This document shows positions 1-6,978 of a DNA stretch of 64,000 nucleotides, piece after piece (positions within the stretch are counted from its first letter, which is position 1; each line of letters begins with the position of its first letter). The notes beneath the pieces are model-generated. The model worked only from the letters and a program-made list of their open reading frames with translations, was not told the DNA's origin and ran no database searches. The DNA is taken from positions 6,144 to 70,143 of the forward strand of contig JBGSLV010000027.1 in the NCBI GenBank assembly GCA_041740515.1. The letters run 5' to 3'. The DNA is from Bdellovibrionales bacterium (GTDB taxonomy: Bacteria > Bdellovibrionota > Bdellovibrionia > Bdellovibrionales > UBA1609). The translations under genes were made by a program, and so were the position numbers.

Positions 1-2
1 AA

Positions 3-701
3 GCCCATCCAAGATGTGGTGACAGCCAATTATCCATTGGGACCTGGGGTCTATCCCTCGGTGATGAACCTGAGATTGCTGGCGTAAAAGGTTCTGGCAC
101 CATTTTATTGTCCCACTGCCCTATGAAATGTCCTTCGTGTCACAATCCAGAGATGGTGGCTCAAGGGCACAGGTCATCACTTCATGATGTCATTGAGATT
201 TGCTACACCTTACTCGAATGGGGGGCAGAGAACATTCAGTTTCTGTCTCCTACGGTTCACATGGCGAAGCTAATTCCTATTTTAACTTTCTTAAAGTCTA
301 ATCGCTTTCCCATCCCTCTAATTCTAAAAAGCTCTGGAATAGAAAACCTAGACTACTTACGCCAACTCGCGGGTCTTGTGGACATTTATTTACCTGATTT
401 CAAGTATGGTCCGAACTCAGAATTTGCAAAAAGGAGTGGTTTTAAAAACTATTTTGAACTGGCCCAAGAAAATATTCATGAGATGATTCGACAAGTTGGA
501 CCGCCGAAGTATAAGAATAAGCAAACTTCAGGGGAAGTTCAGGATCGGCAACCGCCGATTTGCCTTTCTTCCGGTGTGCTGATTCGACATGTGAAAGCTC
601 CGATTCCGGAGCAGGAGAGACAGCATATTATAGATTTTCTCGGCTCTGTCAAAGAAGTCGCTCTGATATCAATAACAGATAATTTTAATAATATGGAGTG
701 A
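3..701 (+). CDS. radical SAM enzyme, pyruvate formate-lyase-activase-like (PflX-type); 5' end cut by window edge
   Basis: The frame of ORF 108..701 stays open back to base 3. The upstream translation ...GVKGSGTILLSHCPMKCPSCHNPE carries the CxxxCxxC radical-SAM cluster motif. Confidence 0.65.
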   Translation, partial: AHPRCGDSQLSIGTWGLSLGDEPEIAGVKGSGTILLSHCPMKCPSCHNPEMVAQGHRSSLHDVIEICYTLLEWGAENIQFLSPTVHMAKLIPILTFLKSNRFPIPLILKSSGIENLDYLRQLAGLVDIYLPDFKYGPNSEFAKRSGFKNYFELAQENIHEMIRQVGPPKYKNKQTSGEVQDRQPPICLSSGVLIRHVKAPIPEQERQHIIDFLGSVKEVALISITDNFNNME

Positions 702-782
702 TCAGAAAATTCAAATAAAAATTTTTTTTAAAGTTCGAGTGTTTTTTTCTTTATAGCATGTGCGTTTTAATAGGGTGGTATT

Positions 783-1388
783 ATGAAAAAAATCGTTATG
801 TTATTTGTAGTCATATATGTCTGTTCAGTTCCCTTGATTGGCATGGGGTACATGCATTCAGATGAAAAGATAGTTCAGCTCAATAAAGAGTACGATGATA
901 TACAACGAACTCTGAATGGTTTTTCGAAGAACTTAAGTGGTGAATTAGTTGCTAAATATAAGATATTGAGAAGTGCATTGTCGATTTATGCTAACGCACA
1001 TGCAGACAATGAATCGAATTCGCCAGGTACTGGATGGGCCGATGCGAGAGCTTATCATGAGAAAGCGATTCTAAAAAATTTCATAGATTATTTTAAAAAA
1101 CTAGAGTCACAACAGATGAGTGCCCACTCTGACTTAGATTTTAAGAATAAAGATGTGGAATTAAACAGGTTGTATCAGTCTATTCAGAAAAATAAAAATT
1201 TTGATACAGGCGAGGCCGCAGCAACTAGCAGACTTGGAATTAAAAATACCCAGCGGAGTTGGATTAAATATCGGGATGTATGGGTCTCATTTGCAATTTT
1301 AAAATTTCCATCAGTAGACACGCACTCGTTGAAAACTAATCTGACTGCTGATCGAATCACGATACTCGCAAAGATTAATACAGATTAA
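783..1388 (+). CDS. secreted DUF1311 / LprI-like (lysozyme-inhibitor-like) protein
   Basis: N-terminal hydrophobic signal. C-terminal motif NTQRSWIKYRDVW matches the Q-R-x-W-x-x-Y-R-D signature of DUF1311. Confidence 0.55.
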   Translation: MKKIVMLFVVIYVCSVPLIGMGYMHSDEKIVQLNKEYDDIQRTLNGFSKNLSGELVAKYKILRSALSIYANAHADNESNSPGTGWADARAYHEKAILKNFIDYFKKLESQQMSAHSDLDFKNKDVELNRLYQSIQKNKNFDTGEAAATSRLGIKNTQRSWIKYRDVWVSFAILKFPSVDTHSLKTNLTADRITILAKINTD

Positions 1389-1438
1389 AATTATCCTGGT
1401 TTAAAAAAATTGCTAAATTTAACGGAATTACAGATTAA

Positions 1439-1536
1439 TAAGTTCAATATAGTAAGATGGCTGACTTATAAAACATTGAAATTGTTTAAGAAAAAAACTT
1501 GCGGGCCAAATAGGACGCGCTTAGAACTTATTTGCT
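1439..1536. repeat. cassette-boundary repeat, copy A (~98 bp)
   Basis: Aligns along its length with 2564..2661 and 3179..3274. Shared blocks are AAGTTCAA ... AAAAYATTGAAATTGTT.A.GAAAAAA ... GCGGGCCAAATRGGACGCG ... GAACTTATTTGCT. Confidence 0.85.
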
Positions 1537-1563
1537 GACCCCAAAGTATTGTGACGATATTCT

Positions 1564-2514
1564 GTGGACATGATTCGTCATGCAAATATAGCGATCGCAA
1601 AAGTGGCTGTAAAATATTGGAATGGTGATCCAGATTCAATCACTCACGTAGGGAACCACGCGAGTTCAATTTTTACATTCAAAAACAAAGATGATAACTT
1701 ACAGATACTTCGATTCACTGACCCCTTCTTTAGGTCCCTATCCGATACAAATGCGGAACTTGCTTTTGTAAATCATTTGTATTCAGAAAATGTCCCAGTT
1801 GCGCCAGCTCTAAATACAAGTGAAGGCTTACTTGCATTTGAACTTCAAACAAAAAGCGGTTTTTTTATTTGTTCTTCAATCAAATTTGCTGAGGGCATCC
1901 ATATTGATGAAAGTTCCCAAGGTTGGAACATTCGGTTTTTTAAGGAATGGGGTAGAAATATTGCTTTGATCCATGCGTCTTCAATCCGATTCGATACAAG
2001 CAACTCCACAACTGTTCGATGGGAATGGAAAAATGAACTCCTGTTTCGACGAGCAGAAGTTTTAATTCCTCCCGAAGATACTGAGTCGAGAAGAGAGTTG
2101 CAGGAGATATTCAGCGAGTGCGAATGCCTTTCAAAATCTAACAATGATTTTGGATTAATACACGCAGATCATGCGCCACAAAATTTCAGATATGCTATTG
2201 AAGCAAATCGTATTACAGCTTTTGACTTTGGTAACTGCTGTTATCATTGGTTTATATCAGACCTTGCAATTAGTCTTTCGACCATTAGAAGAAAGCCAAA
2301 TAGAGAGGAAATTAAGGAAGGAATATTAAATGGCTATTCCTCGATTCGAGCACTTCCAAGAGATTATGAAAAGCAAATAGATTTATTTATAAGGCTGCGG
2401 GTGCTTTATTTTTACCTTTCACGTTTACATATGTGGACTAATCCAACAGAACAACAAAAGAGGGAGCTTTTGCAGATTCGTAATCGTGTTCATTCAAAAA
2501 TCGGGTGGGGTTGA
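1564..2514 (+). CDS. APH/choline-kinase family phosphotransferase
   Basis: Catalytic-loop motif LIHADHAPQNF (HxDxxxxN) followed by FDFGN (DFG-like), typical of the aminoglycoside phosphotransferase fold. The listed start is GTG. Confidence 0.6.
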   Translation: MDMIRHANIAIAKVAVKYWNGDPDSITHVGNHASSIFTFKNKDDNLQILRFTDPFFRSLSDTNAELAFVNHLYSENVPVAPALNTSEGLLAFELQTKSGFFICSSIKFAEGIHIDESSQGWNIRFFKEWGRNIALIHASSIRFDTSNSTTVRWEWKNELLFRRAEVLIPPEDTESRRELQEIFSECECLSKSNNDFGLIHADHAPQNFRYAIEANRITAFDFGNCCYHWFISDLAISLSTIRRKPNREEIKEGILNGYSSIRALPRDYEKQIDLFIRLRVLYFYLSRLHMWTNPTEQQKRELLQIRNRVHSKIGWG

Positions 2515-2563
2515 CTCTTTTTTTCCCAACGCAATTGGCATTTAGAAAGGAATTTAAAAACTA

Positions 2564-2661
2564 CAAGTTCAATACCTCAAAATGCCCTAACCCGTAAAAT
2601 ATTGAATTTATTGAAGAAAAAAAGTGGCGGTACAAATGGGACGCGTTTGAACTTATTTGCT
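2564..2661. repeat. cassette-boundary repeat, copy B (~98 bp)
   Basis: Same element as 1439..1536. Terminal boxes AAGTTCAA (2565..2572) and TTGAACTT (2647..2654) are perfectly complementary. Confidence 0.85.
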
Positions 2662-2781
2662 TAAAAGTGGGTGACAATTTCGGTTACTTTTAATGTGTAA
2701 TAGTGTGCGATGTGATTTAAAGTATTTGGCCGTTGACCGAAGCTTGATGTAGTGACCTAATAATTATTTAAGGAGAAATTT

Positions 2782-3120
2782 ATGAAAAGTTGTTTTATTT
2801 TTTTATTAGCTATTTTTTGTTCAAATTTTGTTAGCGCAGAAGTTTTTTGTGGAAAGCTTAAGGTAGGTTCTTTCAACAGTAATCCTTCAATTCAATATCT
2901 TTTAGTATCATCTACTGGTGATATTTCAGAATTAGACTTCGGTGGAGTTGCCAGTTCTCAACAAGAAATTGATGTTCTCCTACTTAAGGGATCTATTGCC
3001 AATTTTTTAGTTGATGGTCAAAACTACTGCTTTGGCGGAAAAGCTTCACAAGTTGCAAGTTATCCAGCAATTTCTTTTAATTGCGTTGAAGTTGGTGTAA
3101 CTTCAAATATGTGTAACTAA
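2782..3120 (+). CDS. small secreted Cys-containing hypothetical protein
   Basis: GGAG 8 nt upstream of the ATG. Clear signal peptide MKSCFIFLLAIFCSNFVSA. No recognisable domain. Confidence 0.45.
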   Translation: MKSCFIFLLAIFCSNFVSAEVFCGKLKVGSFNSNPSIQYLLVSSTGDISELDFGGVASSQQEIDVLLLKGSIANFLVDGQNYCFGGKASQVASYPAISFNCVEVGVTSNMCN

Positions 3121-3178
3121 GCTTATTCAAATCCAAAAAATTGCATCCTTTAACAGATTAAAAGCGTGCAGTATAATC

Positions 3179-3274
3179 GAAAGTTCGAAACCATAAAATG
3201 GCCTTAAAGTTAAAATATTGAAATTGTTCAGGAAAAAATTGGCGGGCCATTTGGGATACGAACCCTTATTTTAT
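3179..3274. repeat. cassette-boundary repeat, copy C (~96 bp)
   Basis: Same element. Its 3' part TGGCGGGCCATTTGGGATACGAACCC looks like the reverse complement of a tRNA acceptor/T-arm. It overlaps the stop of the MntA-like gene. Confidence 0.8.
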
Positions 3275-3570
3275 GCAAATCTTTTTCGGTCAACTAAATA
3301 GCCATCTTTATAAGAATCAGCAAATTCATTGATTTGAACTAAATCAATTTTATAAGGAAAATTACTATTAGTGAGTTTTTCTTGAAGTTCGCAAATTACT
3401 TTTGACAAGTCTGTATTAGACTCAACCATTAAGTCTAAATCAGAAAATTTTTGATGATCACCTCTGGCGCGTGAGCCATAACACCACACTTCGGCACCAT
3501 ATGTTTCCAAAGGTTTTACAACTTCAGTTAATATATAATCAAAATACTGGGGGGATAAACCAAACTTCAT
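3271..3570 (-). CDS. mntA: MNT-type nucleotidyltransferase (type VII antitoxin MntA-like)
   Basis: Motif GSRARGDHQKFSDLDLMV (GSxxRG...DxD) of minimal nucleotidyltransferases. 4-nt ATGA overlap with the upstream HEPN gene. Confidence 0.8.
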   Translation of the reverse strand: MKFGLSPQYFDYILTEVVKPLETYGAEVWCYGSRARGDHQKFSDLDLMVESNTDLSKVICELQEKLTNSNFPYKIDLVQINEFADSYKDGYLVDRKRFA

Positions 3571-3929
3571 TTTGTACTTAACACTTCTGCAAGCTTTTGA
3601 AGATGAGGTAAAAATTCACAGGCGAAATTATAGACCATCTCTGCAATATCTTCTTTGTAGGTATGTGATGAAAGATTTCGTTGATCTTTAGACTTTAGCC
3701 ATAACTCGACATCGTCGATATAACCGCTATGTGCCATTTCACGAACTACATCTTTAGGTGCAGCCGTTGAAGTCCCTATGATTTTTTTTGAAGTTTTCCA
3801 AACAAGCTCTACGGAAAAATCAAATCTCTGGATAACAGAATCACGAATAAATTCATTTTTAGGCTGTTCAATGGCTAGGTTAAGTTGACGGACAGCTTTG
3901 TTAAATTCTGATATCAAAGTTTTTGACAA
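3567..3929 (-). CDS. hepT: HEPN-domain protein, HI0074-family nucleotidyltransferase substrate-binding subunit (HepT-like toxin)
   Basis: About 120 aa, helical. Contains RNLSSHTY (Rx4-6H HEPN motif). Translationally coupled to the MNT gene. Confidence 0.8.
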   Translation of the reverse strand: MSKTLISEFNKAVRQLNLAIEQPKNEFIRDSVIQRFDFSVELVWKTSKKIIGTSTAAPKDVVREMAHSGYIDDVELWLKSKDQRNLSSHTYKEDIAEMVYNFACEFLPHLQKLAEVLSTK

Positions 3930-4029
3930 AGCGAAATCCTTAAAACTGTTTAATATAATTGTATCTTATAAAATAAATTAAGGTAGTAAACCATATTTTT
4001 TAACAATTAAGGTTTGAGTATTTTGAGAC

Positions 4030-4075
4030 GCAAAAATTGGCGGGCCAAATGGGACGCGTTTAGAGCCGATGTGCT
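4030..4075. repeat. cassette-boundary repeat, copy D (3' half only)
   Basis: GCAAAAATTGGCGGGCCAAATGGGACGCGTTTAGAGCCGATGTGCT matches the 3' half of copies A-C. The 5' half is absent. Confidence 0.75.
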
Positions 4076-4185
4076 CAAATTGCATGCAGTGTAAAATCGC
4101 TTAAAACTATAAATTAGTCATTTTGCTATTTAAGGTAGCCATTGCGCTATCAAAAATATAGCCACTTACTCTTTGGACCTACTTT

Positions 4186-4647
4186 TTAAGTTAAAGTTTT
4201 CTCTATGAGATAACTTTGATTTATAAATTCATCACTATGAAATTTGAAGGTATTGTCGATGCTTATATAATCTAATTTTTTGTAGCTTGGAACGACAAAT
4301 GGGCAACTATTATATAGGAATACATTGAATGTGAATTTTTTGTCTATTTCTTCAAGTCTCCAGTCCATTTCGATATTGCCGTTTTTAGTTCCTGTTTTAA
4401 CAGGATGTTTTCTGCTGAATTCGTAACTTGTTTCATTTGTTCCTAAATTTATAATTAATTGAAGAGTATGAATTCCAGTTAGCACTTTAAAAAGCAAATT
4501 TGGATCACCTGGTGGATCGTCGTAATCTAGTAACTGAGATATATCTATAGCTAATATACTAATATCTTCGACTTTCACAATTCCTGAATTTTTATAATTT
4601 AAAAAGGAATTAGCTTTATCGACGAGAGCGTTTCCAACTCGGAGCAT
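4186..4647 (-). CDS. hypothetical protein
   Basis: 153-aa ORF, co-oriented 50 bp downstream of 4698..5048. No recognisable motif. Confidence 0.4.
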   Translation of the reverse strand: MLRVGNALVDKANSFLNYKNSGIVKVEDISILAIDISQLLDYDDPPGDPNLLFKVLTGIHTLQLIINLGTNETSYEFSRKHPVKTGTKNGNIEMDWRLEEIDKKFTFNVFLYNSCPFVVPSYKKLDYISIDNTFKFHSDEFINQSYLIEKTLT

Positions 4648-4697
4648 GGCTTGGTCATCGTAATTCCCCGAACCAACTCCAACTTTAGTTTTTGGAT

Positions 4698-5048
4698 TTA
4701 CTTGAATTTCTCTTCCTTATTTGATTCATTTTCACCAATTCTTGTGGAAATACATTCAACCCAACGAAAACGATCATTTTCTAACTCAATTTTAAAGTCT
4801 GGACCTTCTTTTGTGTTTTTAAGGATTTTAAAACTATTTTTATTTAAAAATTCAAATACTCTTAGTTCCCACCACCGTTCAGTAAAGTTATTAGGAAATT
4901 GGCTTATAAAGTCTTTGGTATTTGCACATACATTTTTGAATTCATTCCATTGTGCTTCAATATAGGCTTTAATGTCGGATCTATTCTCTGAATTTCTAAC
5001 AAGTGTGTTTGCTTTTGATCCATTTTCGCTCTCAAACAATTCAGACAT
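4698..5048 (-). CDS. hypothetical protein (weak PD-(D/E)xK-like segment)
   Basis: 116-aa ORF. GPDFKIELENDRFRWVECIS loosely resembles a PD...ExK nuclease core, but the Lys is missing. Confidence 0.4.
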   Translation of the reverse strand: MSELFESENGSKANTLVRNSENRSDIKAYIEAQWNEFKNVCANTKDFISQFPNNFTERWWELRVFEFLNKNSFKILKNTKEGPDFKIELENDRFRWVECISTRIGENESNKEEKFK

Positions 5049-5281
5049 TTAAAGACCTCAATATTCTAAGCAAATCGTAAACTTAAATTAAGATTTTTTA
5101 AACTTATAATTATATGTCAATTAATTCACAGTCGATGTAAATTTCTTAAGAGTATATTTTTTTATTATTCTTAATAATTGTGATCAATTTAGAAATAGCT
5201 TGTACCTTTAAATTAACTTATCTTTAAATTTTTTAACCCGAAACAATATAAACTAATAAATCGGATACTTAAGGCTTAGTT

Positions 5282-5350
5282 CATTTTCAAACCTCCAAAA
5301 ATTTATAGTTGATCTTTGCAGAACTATAAATTTTTGGAGGTTTGAAAATG
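5282..5350. promoter_or_regulatory. 29-bp perfect inverted repeat (11-nt loop) covering the SD and ATG of the downstream gene
   Basis: 5282..5310 CATTTTCAAACCTCCAAAAATTTATAGTT is the exact reverse complement of 5322..5350. The right arm contains GGAGG (5336..5340) and ATG (5348..5350). Confidence 0.9.
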
Positions 5351-5653
5351 AAGACATTTAGAACATTGGAATTGGCGATAGAGTTTTATGGATTGGTGGA
5401 AAAATGTGAAATCAAAGGTCATTTACGTAATCAAATTTTGAGAGCAAGCTCTTCGGTTTCACTAAACCTGGCAGAAGGCAATGCAAAATCCAGTACAAAA
5501 GAAAAGAAGCGTTTTTATCAGATTTCGTATGCTTCATTACAAGAATGTAAAATCATATTTAAATTAGCAAAGTTCGAAGATAAGGTTTTGATAGATACAG
5601 CGGATAAGCTTGGAGCTTGGCTATACAACTTACTGAAATCAAACATCGGGTAA
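5342..5653 (+). CDS. four-helix-bundle protein, 23S rRNA intervening-sequence protein / Avd-like family
   Basis: FRTLELAIEFYGLVEKC...RASSSVSLNLAEGNAK...KRFYQISYASLQEC is the characteristic pattern of this family. The likely true start is ATG 5348, 8 nt after GGAGG. Confidence 0.75.
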   Translation: MKMKTFRTLELAIEFYGLVEKCEIKGHLRNQILRASSSVSLNLAEGNAKSSTKEKKRFYQISYASLQECKIIFKLAKFEDKVLIDTADKLGAWLYNLLKSNIG

Positions 5654-5723
5654 ACAACTTGTATACAAGTACTGGAATACCGGTATTCGGGTATACATGT
5701 ATACTGGTATTCAGGAATTTTAA

Positions 5724-5800
5724 TGGCGGAGCGGACGGGACTCGAACCCGCGACCTCCGGCGTGACAGGCCAGCATTCTAACCAACTAAACTACCGCTCC
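5724..5800 (-). tRNA. tRNA-Asp (anticodon GTC), CCA encoded
   Basis: Reverse complement GGAGCGGTAGTTTAGTTGGTTAGAATGCTGGCCTGTCACGCCGGAGGTCGCGGGTTCGAGTCCCGTCCGCTCCGCCA folds as a cloverleaf. Acceptor GGAGCGG/CCGCTCC, anticodon loop CTGTCAC, T-arm GCGGG-TTCGAGT-CCCGT. Confidence 0.95.
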
Positions 5801-5968
5801 AGCAAAGATCGAATCATAAGTGTTATCTATTATTTAAGACTTAGTAAAGCTTAAAAATCTTTATTTCTGGGTGTGCGTTACATTATTTTTGGATTTTACT
5901 AGCTGGATGTCTAGCCTGTTAGCAATTTGATCTTTTCCAAATTAAAACTTAAGTCATAATGTAAAAAT

Positions 5969-6973
5969 ATGGCCTTAAATATCAAAGAAAAAATAAGCAA
6001 TTACCTATTTGAACATGGGTGGAGACGTATTTTTCGATCGTTTTTTCGCTTTCTCTTTTTCATTTATATACTGGCACAGATCTATTTGATCTTTGGCACT
6101 CCTTTTCTTTTCAACACATTTAATTATGAAGTTCAGGCGGGACAACAAAAGTTTGCCTCTTTAGTCATAGACAAAGCTGTTATCAAAGAACTATTAAAAC
6201 CTAGAACAGAAAAAAAGTTTGTCGGCCAGATGATCAAAACGCAATACAGTATTTGTTCCATTCATGGATTTTCAGCCAGCCGTATGGAGCTTGAGCCCGT
6301 CATCTCTAAAGTTGCAAGTCAACTTGATGCTAATTTGTTTTTTACTCGACTGTCAGGTCATGGGTATCAAGATCCTGAAGTTTTACGAACTGTAAAAGCT
6401 CAGGATTGGATTAAAGATGCCGTAGAGTGTGTAGAAGTGGCCGCGCGAACAGGGGATAAAGTTATTTTAATTGGATCTAGTATGGGCGCTGCTTTGGCAA
6501 GTTTAGTGGCCGCCCATACGAAATATAAAATTCATACTTTGATTTTAGTGTCGCCCTACTTTGGAGTTAAAGACCCTAAAGCGGATCTTTTAGCTGGGTT
6601 TTTAGGGGATCATATCGCAAATTTATATTTTAAGGGTTATCGAAGTTTTAAACCTTTAAACGAAATGCAAGAGCAGTACTGGACCACCCGATATCCTGCA
6701 GCCATTTTAAAACAAGTGATGATGGTTAGCATGGCCGTCCGAGAAACCGATTTTGCCAATATTAAACCCCCTGTGTTTGTAGCCTATTCCAAAAATGATG
6801 AGATTATAGATTTTGCCAAAGTCGAAACCAAATATGCTCAGATCAAATCCCATAAAAGGATGGATGCTGACCCAACATATCTATCCCATGTTCTGGCGGG
6901 TGATGTTGTAAACCCCAGAGGAAATGCTAAACTGCAAAAGAATTTGTACAGTTTCATCAAAGGCAATTACTAA
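5969..6973 (+). CDS. alpha/beta hydrolase (esterase/lysophospholipase-like), N-terminal membrane anchor
   Basis: Nucleophile elbow LIGSSMGAALAS (GxSxG). HGFSAS oxyanion region. N-terminal TM segment. Confidence 0.7.
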   Translation: MALNIKEKISNYLFEHGWRRIFRSFFRFLFFIYILAQIYLIFGTPFLFNTFNYEVQAGQQKFASLVIDKAVIKELLKPRTEKKFVGQMIKTQYSICSIHGFSASRMELEPVISKVASQLDANLFFTRLSGHGYQDPEVLRTVKAQDWIKDAVECVEVAARTGDKVILIGSSMGAALASLVAAHTKYKIHTLILVSPYFGVKDPKADLLAGFLGDHIANLYFKGYRSFKPLNEMQEQYWTTRYPAAILKQVMMVSMAVRETDFANIKPPVFVAYSKNDEIIDFAKVETKYAQIKSHKRMDADPTYLSHVLAGDVVNPRGNAKLQKNLYSFIKGNY

Positions 6974-6978
6974 TTGAA

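Noticed and set aside
1845-2144. 99-aa antisense ORF inside the APH-like gene
   Set aside because: It lies entirely within a longer ORF that has recognisable kinase motifs on the opposite strand. It is a typical shadow ORF.
4651-4965. 104-aa plus-strand ORF
   Set aside because: It is antisense to 4698..5048 and starts at a non-ATG codon inside the gap. Its composition looks like a shadow frame. The minus-strand pair is co-oriented with the neighbouring TA unit and is preferred, but with low confidence.
5342-5653. Diversity-generating retroelement, because the four-helix-bundle protein belongs to the Avd / 23S-IVS protein family
   Set aside because: There is no reverse transcriptase ORF, no template/variable repeat pair and no target gene nearby. 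An Avd-like gene alone is insufficient.
705-5723. Canonical integron (intI + attI + attC array)
   Set aside because: No integrase-like ORF lies in or next to the array within the window. The repeat termini (AAGTTCAA / TTGAACTT) do not match the RYYYAAC / GTTRRRY cores, and I could not find adjacent L-box pairing. It is reported only as integron-like.
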